DNA from: an uncultured Anaerolineaceae bacterium
GTDB taxonomy: Bacteria > Chloroflexota > Anaerolineae > Aggregatilineales > Phototrophicaceae
Length of the DNA: 64,000 nt
Assembly: GCA_964549915.1 (NCBI GenBank)
Contig: CAZJWX010000004.1
Span: forward strand, 63,181-127,180
Reading direction: 5' to 3'
Position numbers and translations under genes: made by a program. Shown here piece after piece: positions 8,289 to 17,297 of this stretch. How positions within the stretch are numbered: position 1 is the first letter of the stretch; every line of letters starts with the position of its first letter. Under the pieces are notes generated by a model that was given only the letters and a program-made list of their open reading frames with translations, was not told the origin of the DNA and searched no databases.

Positions 8289-9779
8289 TCAAGTTTGAAC
8301 AGCGAGTGTCTCCTGACGGAAGCTCTGCAAGCGTTCTTCGCCACGTGGCGTTAGCTCAACCAGGTTGTCCACGATGCGAATCTGGTTTGCCGCACGCAAC
8401 CGTGCCAGCACGCGCCCCATCTTGGCTCGCGACCAGCGGAAATGTCGGTAGAGGGAATCAGCGGCGAGTTCTTCTGCATGCGCTGCGGTGTGCTGGTGGT
8501 TGTAGATGTGCCCCAGCACTACCTGGTCATCAAAGACGCGACGCTGGTTGGCGCGGCGGATCAACGTGGAGATCAGGCCATATTTGGGGGACAGCACCCA
8601 GGCCAGCACAAAGAAGGCGAACATCATCAACACCATCGATGCGGAAATGGATGAGTCCCACTCTTCCAACAAGCCCAACCCGAAAGCGCGGTTCAAGAGC
8701 ATGAGCACGCTTTCGACCTGGAAGAGACCCAGAAAGCTGCCCCGTGCCAGGTCATACCCGAAGTACGCGCCAGCGCTGCCAATCAACGCGCTGAGCAACA
8801 GCATCACGGCGAGCCGATCGGTGAGCAGGTAAGCCGCGGCGGGCGGGATGATGAAGAACGCTACGACCAGAATCGAGCCGACGGCGTTGAAAGCACCGAC
8901 TGCAACCAGGCTCACCAGCACCATGAGCGTATAGTGCAGTACACCAGGACGGAATCCGAGCGCCTTCGCCAGGGCTTCGTCGAAGGAGATCAGCTTGAGT
9001 TCCTTGTAGAAGAGCGTCACAAAACCCATCGTCAGCAAGGAGAGCACCGCCGTGACCGTGACAGATTTCGGCCAGAAGACCTGAATCGGCTGATTCTCGA
9101 TCAATCCCGCCTGCCACGCTTGCGCCGGGGTGTACGTGCCGCAGTTGGTACAAATCTCACGGAACTCCGCCCCTTCGTCTCGTGGGCTGATTCCCAGTTC
9201 GCGGCAGTTGGTGCACTGGCGCGTGATGTTGGCTGCTTCGTCGTCTGGCGTGACAATCACCGTCTGACAATTCTCGATGCAGTGGCTGTTGGTATCTGCC
9301 CAGGCAATGCCGATTTCGCCAACCATCACGGCGTCTTCGTCCAGGTGGACATCTTCTACAAAACGCGATACCAGGATGATCGCAATGGCGAAGAGCAGCG
9401 GGAAGGCCAGCCCCAGTGCGGCATCCTGTCGCACCAAGCCGGATCGGTAGATGAGTTCGGTCAGCACAACTGTCGCCACGCCCGCCGCCGCCGCGCCCAC
9501 GATCAACCAGGGCGACGACAGGTTCGGCTCCTGATTGAGCACAGAGGTCATCATGATGAACGCGACGACAATCCCCAGCAGTACCGTATGGCTGATGGCG
9601 TCGCTGGTCAGGGACATGCCACGCAGCAGCAAGAAGGTGCCCAGCAGCGCGCCGGAAATCGCAATCAGCGTGCCGACGATGGTCGCCGTGTTCTGCGGAT
9701 CGCGCAGGAACAGGTTGATCTCTTCCCGTGTGAAGAAATTCAGCAGGAAGTCGATGATGAGGGTTTCAATCGCGTACAT
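8289..9779 (-). CDS. ABC-3 family metal (Mn/Fe/Zn) ABC transporter permease with a Cys-rich loop insertion and a C-terminal winged-helix domain
   Basis: 496 aa. ABC-3 permease TM pattern (SHTVLLGIV, FDEALAKALG). An insertion of about 75 aa holds CIENC, CTNC and CTNC. The C-terminal roughly 100 aa are soluble (RWSRAKMGRVLARLRAANQIRIVDNLVELTPRGEERL). Confidence 0.85.
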   Translation of the reverse strand: MYAIETLIIDFLLNFFTREEINLFLRDPQNTATIVGTLIAISGALLGTFLLLRGMSLTSDAISHTVLLGIVVAFIMMTSVLNQEPNLSSPWLIVGAAAAGVATVVLTELIYRSGLVRQDAALGLAFPLLFAIAIILVSRFVEDVHLDEDAVMVGEIGIAWADTNSHCIENCQTVIVTPDDEAANITRQCTNCRELGISPRDEGAEFREICTNCGTYTPAQAWQAGLIENQPIQVFWPKSVTVTAVLSLLTMGFVTLFYKELKLISFDEALAKALGFRPGVLHYTLMVLVSLVAVGAFNAVGSILVVAFFIIPPAAAYLLTDRLAVMLLLSALIGSAGAYFGYDLARGSFLGLFQVESVLMLLNRAFGLGLLEEWDSSISASMVLMMFAFFVLAWVLSPKYGLISTLIRRANQRRVFDDQVVLGHIYNHQHTAAHAEELAADSLYRHFRWSRAKMGRVLARLRAANQIRIVDNLVELTPRGEERLQSFRQETLAVQT

Positions 9780-11107
9780 CAGGCCACCATCCCTTGCAGC
9801 TTACGTTCCAGTTTCTGGATCGCGGGTTCGGGCAGCACCTCGTGGATGTCTTTCTGGCGATCTTCCATCACCAGCGGAAGCTGCAACTCGTCGCCATATT
9901 CGCGATACACTTCCCACAACTGCTGGTTATGAGCATCTTCCGCCGCCACTTCTGCACCAACGGTTGTCAACACCCAGGCATGGCCATCGCGCTGGATGTA
10001 GCCGCGCTTTTCCAGTTGGCGCAGGCCAACTTCGGCGTTAGCGCTGCCAATGCCCATGATGAAATTGTGTGGTACGGGATATGAAGTGCTGCCGTGCGAT
10101 GTGGCGTATCTGTAGAGATCGCGCAACGTCATCTGCGCCGCAAAGCGACGACGATCCCTGCGCCGCCGCAGCAGCATCCAGACCAACCCCCGCCCCGGTG
10201 CGAAGGCCAGCGAGACCGTTACGACCAGAAAGGCGACGACGATGATCATCGGCCCTGTGGGCACATTGGCGTCCACTGCACTGAGGATTGCGCCGATGCC
10301 TCCGGCGAACGCCCCGAATACGGCTGAAAGGATCACCATCTGATCGAGCTTCTGCGTCCATTGCCGCGCCGCGATTCCTGGCGCGATCAACATGCCGACC
10401 ATCAAGATCACACCCGCAAGCTGCAACCCGAGCACAATCGCTACGACAATCAGCGTTGAGAGCAGTATGTTGAGCAACCCTACCCGGAAACCATTCGCAC
10501 CCGCGAACTCCGGGTCGAAGGTCACGAGCTTGAATTCCTTCCAGAAGAGCGCGATCAGCAGAAATGAGACGCCACCAACGGCTGTGATGAGTTGGACATC
10601 GCTTTCGACGATGGCCGCAGCCTGCCCGAAGATGAAGTTATCGAGACCAGCCTGGCTGGCATCGGGCACGGCCTGAATATAGGCCAGCAGCGCGATCCCG
10701 GCGGCGAACCAGGCCGCCAGCACGATGCCCATCGCCGCATCTTGCTTGATGCGCGTTGTATCCAGCAAGCGCTGGATGAACTGCACACCGAGCCAACTGG
10801 CGATTCCCGCCCCGATCAGCAGTGCGCCCAATTCGCGCCCTGCGATCAGGAAGGCAACCGCCACGCCCGGCAGTGCAGCGTGGGATAGCGCATCGCCCAT
10901 CAAGCTCTCGTGGCGCAGCACAGCGAAACTGCCCAGCACCCCGCTGACCACACCGAGGATCAAACCACCGAGCGCTACCGTACGCAGCGTGTAATCATAA
11001 GTGACGCCCAGCACTACCTGGCCAAAGGGGATCAGGATCGCGCCCAGCAGCACAATCGCGCCAATCACCAGCCAGACGCGGCGATCTTCTGCAGAGAATT
11101 GAAACAT
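9779..11107 (-). CDS. ABC-3 family metal ABC transporter permease with a C-terminal DtxR-like winged-helix domain
   Basis: 442 aa. Permease core (DALSHAALPGVA, FDPEFAGANG). C-terminal roughly 130 aa read MTLRDLYRYATSHG...GLRQLEKRGYIQRDGHAWVLTTVGAEVAAEDAHNQQLWEVY, which resembles the DtxR N-terminal HTH. Confidence 0.85.
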   Translation of the reverse strand: MFQFSAEDRRVWLVIGAIVLLGAILIPFGQVVLGVTYDYTLRTVALGGLILGVVSGVLGSFAVLRHESLMGDALSHAALPGVAVAFLIAGRELGALLIGAGIASWLGVQFIQRLLDTTRIKQDAAMGIVLAAWFAAGIALLAYIQAVPDASQAGLDNFIFGQAAAIVESDVQLITAVGGVSFLLIALFWKEFKLVTFDPEFAGANGFRVGLLNILLSTLIVVAIVLGLQLAGVILMVGMLIAPGIAARQWTQKLDQMVILSAVFGAFAGGIGAILSAVDANVPTGPMIIVVAFLVVTVSLAFAPGRGLVWMLLRRRRDRRRFAAQMTLRDLYRYATSHGSTSYPVPHNFIMGIGSANAEVGLRQLEKRGYIQRDGHAWVLTTVGAEVAAEDAHNQQLWEVYREYGDELQLPLVMEDRQKDIHEVLPEPAIQKLERKLQGMVA

Positions 11108-11110
11108 CGC

Positions 11111-11890
11111 TCAGCCACCTCCGGTTACTGGCTGCTCAGCACTCAGATAGGAGACGCGACCACCGTAGGTCTTGCGCAGATGCTCCGGCGTGAAAGCGTC
11201 CTCCGTTGGGCCGCTGGCGATCACTTCGACGTTGAGTAACGTCACCCAATCGAAGTAATCTTCGACCGTCTGCAAGTCATGATGCACGACCAGCACCGTT
11301 TTGCCACGTTCGCGCAATTCGCGCAGGATCGCCACAATCGCCCGCTCGGTGACCGCATCCACCGCCGCGAACGGTTCGTCCATGAAGTACATCTGTGCAT
11401 CCTGCACCAATGCCCGCGCCAGGAATGTCCGCTGCTGCTGGCCGCCCGAAAGCTGGCTAATCTGCCGTTCTGCATAATCCGCCATCCCGACCTGATCCAG
11501 CGCTTCCAGCGCCAGGTCGCGTTCTTTGCGCCCGGGTCGCCGGAACCAGCCCAACTTGCCGTACAGCCCCATCGTCACAACATCAATGACCGATGTGGGG
11601 AAGTCCCAATCGACGCTGCCGCGCTGTGGCACATAGCCCACCAGGGAACGCGCCTGTTCATACGGCTGACCATAGAAAAGCGCCGTTCCTGCCGCACGCG
11701 GGATCAAGTTCAAGACCGCCTTGATGAGCGTGCTCTTGCCCGCCCCGTTGGGTCCGACGATGGCCATCAACACGCCTTCCGGCACCGCCAGATCAACGTC
11801 CCAGATGGCGGGTTTGCTGTTGTATGCCACGGTCAGATCGTCAATTTCCAGCGCAATCGATCGCTTCGAGTTCGTTTCGTGTGGTTTCAT
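11111..11890 (-). CDS. Metal ABC transporter ATP-binding protein
   Basis: Walker A GPNGAGKST, signature LSGGQQQRTFLARAL, Walker B MYFMDEP. Sits in the operon with the ABC-3 permeases. Confidence 0.9.
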   Translation of the reverse strand: MKPHETNSKRSIALEIDDLTVAYNSKPAIWDVDLAVPEGVLMAIVGPNGAGKSTLIKAVLNLIPRAAGTALFYGQPYEQARSLVGYVPQRGSVDWDFPTSVIDVVTMGLYGKLGWFRRPGRKERDLALEALDQVGMADYAERQISQLSGGQQQRTFLARALVQDAQMYFMDEPFAAVDAVTERAIVAILRELRERGKTVLVVHHDLQTVEDYFDWVTLLNVEVIASGPTEDAFTPEHLRKTYGGRVSYLSAEQPVTGGG

Positions 11891-11957
11891 ACCTCACTAC
11901 CATTTCGTTGACGGGGCGCAGCGCTAGCGCCCCTGTTCCTCGCAGTCGTTCCATTCA

Positions 11958-12986
11958 TCATGCTTCGCAGTCGATTTCCAGCACATCCTCCGGCGGGATC
12001 GGTTCCAGATCTTCCGGCCATTCCGGGATTTCGACCTCAACGCCCGCGCACTGGTAGGATTGCAGAATCGTGTAGATATTCTCTGCGAGCATGCCGATGT
12101 AGGTGCCGCCGAATGTGCCCGGCTCACCCATCGCGTCGGAGTACAGTTCTCGCACGCCTACACGCAGGTCACGGCCTTCATCCTGCACAGCAGCAACCAC
12201 TGCTTCCACTGTATCCGGCGGCAGACTGCTCTCGATGAAAATCACCGGAATCTCGTTTTCCAGGATGAAGCTGACAGTCTCCTGAATATCGCCCACGCCC
12301 GCTTCATCTTCTGTGCTGATGCCCTGGATAGCAGTCTGACGCCAACCGAAGGCCGCCCCAAAATACTGGAACGCATCATGCGAGGTCACGATGTAGCGCT
12401 GGTTTTCCGGCACAGAGCGCATCCCGGCATCCGCCCATTCAAAAATCAGGCCAAGCTGCTCTACATAGGCTTCTGCATTCGCCAGATAGCGGTCTGCGTT
12501 TGTCGGATCGAGTTCACCGAGACGCTCCGCGAGTGCCAGGACGGTGATTTCCCAGTTGCGCGGATCGAACCAGAAGTGGGGATCATCCACATCCTGCAAC
12601 TCTTCTGAGAGGTCGAAGCCACCGACGATGAATCCGGCATCTTTCACAGGCTGCCCCATCGCGAACGTGGCTACCCCCTGCTCACCCAGCGCCTCAAAGA
12701 CAGCATCGAACTGCCCTTCCAGGTTCAGGCCGCTGTAAATCACCAGGTCAGCGGTGTTCATCGCGCTGATGTCAGACTCCGTCGGTTGGTACAGGTGGGG
12801 GTCAACGCCTGGCCCCATCAACGGTGTGATGAGCACATCATCCACGCCTTCAGAGAGGATGTTGGCAAGGTCTGCTGCCTGGGTCGTGGTGGCGACGATT
12901 TCCAGCACATCATCCTGGGCGCTGACACTGCCGACGAACAGCAGCCCCAACGCCAGAAACAAAAGTAGAATACGATGCAAAGTCAT
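11958..12986 (-). CDS. Cluster A-I metal-binding lipoprotein/SBP (PsaA/MntC/TroA family), Mn/Fe-type ligand set
   Basis: Signal peptide, then DPHLY, DPHFWFDP, GISTEDE and LYSDAMG, which suggest a His/His/Glu/Asp ligand set. The ATG at 12986 follows GGAGGA by 8 nt. The track start at 13001 lies inside that RBS. Confidence 0.85.
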   Translation of the reverse strand: MTLHRILLLFLALGLLFVGSVSAQDDVLEIVATTTQAADLANILSEGVDDVLITPLMGPGVDPHLYQPTESDISAMNTADLVIYSGLNLEGQFDAVFEALGEQGVATFAMGQPVKDAGFIVGGFDLSEELQDVDDPHFWFDPRNWEITVLALAERLGELDPTNADRYLANAEAYVEQLGLIFEWADAGMRSVPENQRYIVTSHDAFQYFGAAFGWRQTAIQGISTEDEAGVGDIQETVSFILENEIPVIFIESSLPPDTVEAVVAAVQDEGRDLRVGVRELYSDAMGEPGTFGGTYIGMLAENIYTILQSYQCAGVEVEIPEWPEDLEPIPPEDVLEIDCEA

Positions 12987-13050
12987 GCGTTTTTCCTCCA
13001 TAATCGTATGTTCGCCTGCTTCGACGAAAAGCGGATCGCACCCACATTCT

Positions 13051-13075
13051 TTGCCAAATAAAATTTTTTGTCAAG
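13051..13075. promoter_or_regulatory. Imperfect inverted repeat in an AT-rich promoter region upstream of the metal ABC operon; candidate metalloregulator operator
   Basis: TTGCCAAA-N9-TTTGTCAA (one mismatch), 65-90 nt upstream of the SBP start. Confidence 0.3.
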
Positions 13076-13278
13076 CCAAACTTTTCTTTGAAAGCGGCTT
13101 TTCACAAAGCATTTAGCTTATCTTCCGTGCAGGCTCACTTGCCGAAAAGTGCCTCTGCCGGGCGGCTTCCAACTGTGCGAAATGTGATCTGTAAACAAGC
13201 GATAAAGCTTTGCGCAAATCGCGTGCAGGAGCACGCAAAGTGCTGTACAGTGCTGGTGGACGAATCATTACGGAGGGA

Positions 13279-13455
13279 ATGACAATGGACGGCGTCAACA
13301 ACGAAATCCAGAATGATATGCTCATCGATGTGCGCATCACCTGGGGCGATATCATGACCGCATTGTTGGGCTGGTTGGGCGAATTCGCGACGGCTCCATT
13401 CCGGGCACTGAATCCGCAAGCTACCCCTGAACCCCTGCACATCGAAGCCAGGTAG
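13279..13455 (+). CDS. Small hypothetical protein (58 aa)
   Basis: ATG preceded by GGAGGGA, and the ORF is followed by a strong intrinsic terminator at 13480-13516. I recognise no family. Confidence 0.4.
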   Translation: MTMDGVNNEIQNDMLIDVRITWGDIMTALLGWLGEFATAPFRALNPQATPEPLHIEAR

Positions 13456-13479
13456 TCTACTTCCATTCGATCAATACGT

Positions 13480-13516
13480 GGCGATGGAGCATTGGCTGTT
13501 CCATCGCCCCTTTTTC
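13480..13516 (+). terminator. Intrinsic terminator
   Basis: GGCGATGGA-N11-TCCATCGCC followed by CCTTTTTC. Confidence 0.6.
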
Positions 13517-13622
13517 GCCAGGTTGCCTCTGCAAGTCTCCCAAAAGCCCTCACAAAGCCGTACAATAGGCCGCTACTGTCCAGAGGGATTCCCCCTCGTT
13601 TGATCGTCAACCCAGGAGACAC

Positions 13623-13895
13623 ATGAATACTTCTAGTGAAGCAGTGAAACAATTGACCACCGCCCTGGAACAGACACGCAGCGCGGCAGAAGTCATCCAG
13701 AACCTGGTCGCCGAGCACGATTATCAAGACGAAGCTGCGCTCGTCTCGCACGCAGCAGCCCGTCTGCTGGAAGCTGCGGCGCACCTGATGCAATCGCAGG
13801 ATGAACCTGCCCTGGAAGCCATTAAGAGCGCAGAAGACTTGCTGGAAGCCCTGTGGGAGCTAATTGAAGGCGAGATAGACGAAGACGATGACTGA
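13623..13895 (+). CDS. Small acidic, probably all-helical hypothetical protein (90 aa)
   Basis: RBS AGGAGA 6 nt upstream. Composition is coding-like, with the acidic tail EGEIDEDDD. I recognise no family. Confidence 0.55.
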   Translation: MNTSSEAVKQLTTALEQTRSAAEVIQNLVAEHDYQDEAALVSHAAARLLEAAAHLMQSQDEPALEAIKSAEDLLEALWELIEGEIDEDDD

Positions 13896-13971
13896 GCGAA
13901 CCCGGTCTGTACAGGGCAGTCTGAGGGCGTTACAGTCACACTGAGCAGTCCGCAGAAGACGAACAGAGAAA

Positions 13972-15213
13972 ATGGCAAAATTCTGGTTTGTATCCGCGCC
14001 GCTCTACAGTCATACCGACTGGGGCGGCTTCTTGAAGACAGGATTGGAACTTCAGGCACAGGGGCATGATATCCTCTGGGTGAGCCAACCGCAGCTACGA
14101 GGCGCGATTGAGGCCAGGGGCCTGCCTTTCGCTGAAGTCGAGGAGACTGGCTGGCTCTGGCCCCCACCCCCGCAGCCAGATTTCACGCAGATTCCTCCAC
14201 AGGAAGCGGTCACGCTGCGCTACCGTCGCGCACTGGATACCTGGCTGAGCGAAGACCTGGTAGCCACTGGTGTGGAAGCGCTGACGCAGCTTGCAGCGGA
14301 AATCGGCAAGCCGGACGCGATGGTCATTGACCCCTTCCTGAGCGCCGCAGCCTTCGCCGCCGAAAAGCTCAATGTACCCCTGATCATTGCGGGCTGGCCT
14401 GCACAGGCGAACCTGGACGAGCAATCGCTTTTCCCGGTACAGCGTGACCTCAGCAGCGACAGCCAGCAGCGCATCCAGCGCCTGTGCGACAAATTCGGCC
14501 TGGAAGGCACCTACTTCAGCAAGGGTACGGCTCCCAGCATCATCAGCCCCCTGCTGCACATCACCTATTTCACCCCGGAATGGTATATTCAGGAGCAGTC
14601 CACCATGCTGCCGCAGACGCAGTTCGTCGGCGGCGTCAAAGACGAACCTGCTGGCGATCCGCCGGGGTGGCTCACGGATATTCCGGCGGGGATTCCGCTG
14701 GCGATGATTACCCTGGGGACGATCTTCACGGGCGATCTGGGCTTTTTCAGTTGGGCGGCGGCAGCAGCAGCCAATGCCAAACTGCTGCCAATCGTGGTCG
14801 TGGGCTGGAAGCCGATGACACCTGAAGAGAAAGAGACGTTGAAGAAGTCGCTCCCCGGTGGGACACGCCTGCTGGCTTGGGCACCCTTTGATCATGTGCT
14901 GCCGCGCTGTAAATTGATGATCCATCATGGTGGTATGGGCACGACGCACGCAGCGATCACGCATGGTTTGCGGCAGATTGTCGTCCCACATGCGGCGGAT
15001 CAGCGCATTCAAGCGCGGCGCGTGGCACAAGCCAAGATTGGCCTCAACCTCAGCGCTCATGATGTCCGTCAGGGACAGTTGATCGAGGGAGCGAAGGCCA
15101 TCATGGAAGCGGACTTCGTGGCAGAGAACACCCGCCGCTTCGCGGAGCGTATGGCGTCCCTGGGTGGCGCACCACGCGCAGCAGCGTTGATCTTGAAGGC
15201 CATTTCATCATGA
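13972..15213 (+). CDS. GT1 family UDP-glycosyltransferase (MGT/UGT-like)
   Basis: 413 aa. C-terminal nucleotide-sugar motif LMIHHGGMGTTHAAITHGLRQIVVPHAADQ. Confidence 0.85.
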   Translation: MAKFWFVSAPLYSHTDWGGFLKTGLELQAQGHDILWVSQPQLRGAIEARGLPFAEVEETGWLWPPPPQPDFTQIPPQEAVTLRYRRALDTWLSEDLVATGVEALTQLAAEIGKPDAMVIDPFLSAAAFAAEKLNVPLIIAGWPAQANLDEQSLFPVQRDLSSDSQQRIQRLCDKFGLEGTYFSKGTAPSIISPLLHITYFTPEWYIQEQSTMLPQTQFVGGVKDEPAGDPPGWLTDIPAGIPLAMITLGTIFTGDLGFFSWAAAAAANAKLLPIVVVGWKPMTPEEKETLKKSLPGGTRLLAWAPFDHVLPRCKLMIHHGGMGTTHAAITHGLRQIVVPHAADQRIQARRVAQAKIGLNLSAHDVRQGQLIEGAKAIMEADFVAENTRRFAERMASLGGAPRAAALILKAISS

Positions 15214-15227
15214 CCGATGATTGGTGG

Positions 15228-15249
15228 AGGGTCGATTCGTGAATCGACC
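15228..15249. terminator. Perfect hairpin between convergent genes; possible bidirectional terminator
   Basis: GGGTCGATTC-GT-GAATCGACCC. There is no clear U-tract on either strand. Confidence 0.35.
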
Positions 15250-15266
15250 CTACTGCCCAGGTCGGC

Positions 15267-16049
15267 TCAGGATGGCATCTGCCCAACAATGATGATGTGA
15301 TGATCCGTATACGTCGCGTAGTCCGTGCCTGCATACTCTGGCTGCATCCACTCACGCACGGCGTCCGGCGCACGTAAGAGCATCACTTGTAGGCGCTCAA
15401 TAGTCTCATCGCTGCAATGCTGGCGTTTTGCCCAGGGCAGCACCTGATGCTGAACTGTGAACTGCTCCACATGAGCGATCGTTAGGTCAACGTCAAGGAA
15501 GGTGCCGCGCCATTCGCTCTCCGGCAGAATCCGCGCATGACCCGGATCACGCAGCTTTTCATACGCATTGACGTACTCCGCGACTCGTTCGTCTTCTGGG
15601 GCCACATGATCATGGACAACCAGCTTGCCGCCGGGTTTCAAGACACGGACGGCCTGCTGCATGAAGGCGAATACATCGGGGAAGTGGTGGGCTGCCACGC
15701 GGCAGGTTACCAGATCAAAACTGGCATCCTCGAAGGGCAAATTTTCGGCATCCGCTTCTTGGAAGAGCACATTCTGCACACCTTGCTCCCGGATGAAGGT
15801 CTCGGCAGCGGTCAGCATCGTGGGCGTGAAATCCGTTGCAATGACCTGAGCGACATGCGGCGCAATGGCCAGCGCTGTATGTCCGCCCCCTGTCGCCACA
15901 TCGAGGACGCGCCAAGCGGGCTGGGGCTGCGCCAGTTCGACGATCCGCTCCAGCCCCATGCCCTTGCTGTGTACCGGGCTGACGACGTAATTCTGTGCGG
16001 CAGCGGCATACCGCTCCCGATTCAACTGTTTCAATTCATCCTGATTCAT
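15267..16049 (-). CDS. Class I SAM-dependent methyltransferase
   Basis: 260 aa. Motif I VLDVATGGGHTA, then FDLVTCRVAAHHF and LKPGGKLVV. Confidence 0.85.
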   Translation of the reverse strand: MNQDELKQLNRERYAAAAQNYVVSPVHSKGMGLERIVELAQPQPAWRVLDVATGGGHTALAIAPHVAQVIATDFTPTMLTAAETFIREQGVQNVLFQEADAENLPFEDASFDLVTCRVAAHHFPDVFAFMQQAVRVLKPGGKLVVHDHVAPEDERVAEYVNAYEKLRDPGHARILPESEWRGTFLDVDLTIAHVEQFTVQHQVLPWAKRQHCSDETIERLQVMLLRAPDAVREWMQPEYAGTDYATYTDHHIIIVGQMPS

Positions 16050-16154
16050 GCACCCTCACATTGATTATTTATTCAACATTGACCGTGTATAACACAACAC
16101 GGTTTGCTGTGCCACTTTTGGTAAAATGAATGGATAGCGTAGCCACGAGACGAG

Positions 16155-17297
16155 ATGCTTCTCATGCCCTTTTCTGCCGCAGATGTGAAACAGAAAGCAC
16201 GCCAACTGGGATTCAATCTCGTTGGGCTGACGCGGGCAGAACCCTCCCCTACGCTGGCGGCTTACAAACGCTGGATCGCCCAAGGTATGCACGGCAAGAT
16301 GGGGTATATGGCGCGGGAAGACCGTGTGATCCGCCGTGCAGACCTGACGAACATCGTTCCCGGCGCAAAATCCATCTTGATGGTCGGGCTGGATTATCGC
16401 ACGCTGGCGATTCCCGATGCCATATTGAATGACCCGGCGCGGGGACGGGTCGCATCTTATGCCTGGGGGCTGGATTACCATGACGTGATGACACCGCGAC
16501 TGGAAATGCTGGCTCAGTGGCTCGCACAACAGGTTGAATTGCCATCAGAGCAGCGCGTCTACGTCGATACCGGTGCGGTGCTGGAACGCAGTCATGCGCA
16601 ACAGGCGGGGATGGGCTTCATCGGCAAGAATACCATGCTCATTCATCCGCGCCGGGGCAGCTATTTCTTCCTGGGCGAGATCATCACGAGCATCGAATTT
16701 GACGCCTACGATCAACCACACCGTCCGACGATGTGCGGGACGTGCACCCGCTGCCTGCGGGCCTGTCCGACGGACGCCTTCCCGGAGCCACACGTGCTGG
16801 ATGCCCGCCGCTGCATCAGCTATCACACCATCGAGAACAAGGGCTGGATTGACCGGGAACTACGGGCGGATTTCGGCAATTGGATCTTCGGCTGCGACAT
16901 TTGCCAGGAAGTATGCCCCTTTCAGCGCTTCAGCCTGACGAGCGAAGAACAAGGGTTCTTCCCGGTCGATGTAGATCGCGCTGCCCCGCCGTTACTGGAT
17001 TTGTTGACCCTCACGCCGGAGACCTTCAGAGAACGCTACAAAGGCACGCCGATTGAGCGCATTCGACGCAAACGCCTGGTGCGCAACGCCGCGGTTGCTG
17101 CCGGAAACAGCGGTGACCCACGCTTCATCCCGGCGCTGATCCAACTGCTCTACGATGCCGAACCACTGGTGCGCGGTCATGCGGCCTGGGCGCTGTTCCG
17201 GATTAAGCGCTATGATACGGTGCAACAGCTCAACCAGCTTTATTACCGCGAAGAAGACCCGGAAGTCCGGGCAGAGTTGGAAGCCTTGCTGGCTTAA
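16155..17297 (+). CDS. queG: tRNA epoxyqueuosine(34) reductase
   Basis: CGTCTRCLRACPTDAF, CISYHTIE, GCDICQEVCPF and C-terminal HEAT-like repeats. The start may instead be the ATG at 16164. Confidence 0.9.
   Translation: MLLMPFSAADVKQKARQLGFNLVGLTRAEPSPTLAAYKRWIAQGMHGKMGYMAREDRVIRRADLTNIVPGAKSILMVGLDYRTLAIPDAILNDPARGRVASYAWGLDYHDVMTPRLEMLAQWLAQQVELPSEQRVYVDTGAVLERSHAQQAGMGFIGKNTMLIHPRRGSYFFLGEIITSIEFDAYDQPHRPTMCGTCTRCLRACPTDAFPEPHVLDARRCISYHTIENKGWIDRELRADFGNWIFGCDICQEVCPFQRFSLTSEEQGFFPVDVDRAAPPLLDLLTLTPETFRERYKGTPIERIRRKRLVRNAAVAAGNSGDPRFIPALIQLLYDAEPLVRGHAAWALFRIKRYDTVQQLNQLYYREEDPEVRAELEALLA

Noticed and set aside
13113-13793. 226-aa minus-strand ORF spanning the intergenic region upstream of the metal transporter.
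   Set aside because: It has no RBS and no motifs, and it runs antisense to two small plus-strand ORFs that have good RBS and terminator signals. Its composition is not coding-like.
6322-17297. tgt and queG lying within 10 kb of each other, as a possible queuosine island.
   Set aside because: They are separated by unrelated transport and glycosyltransferase genes on both strands and have independent promoters. There is no evidence of a functional cluster.
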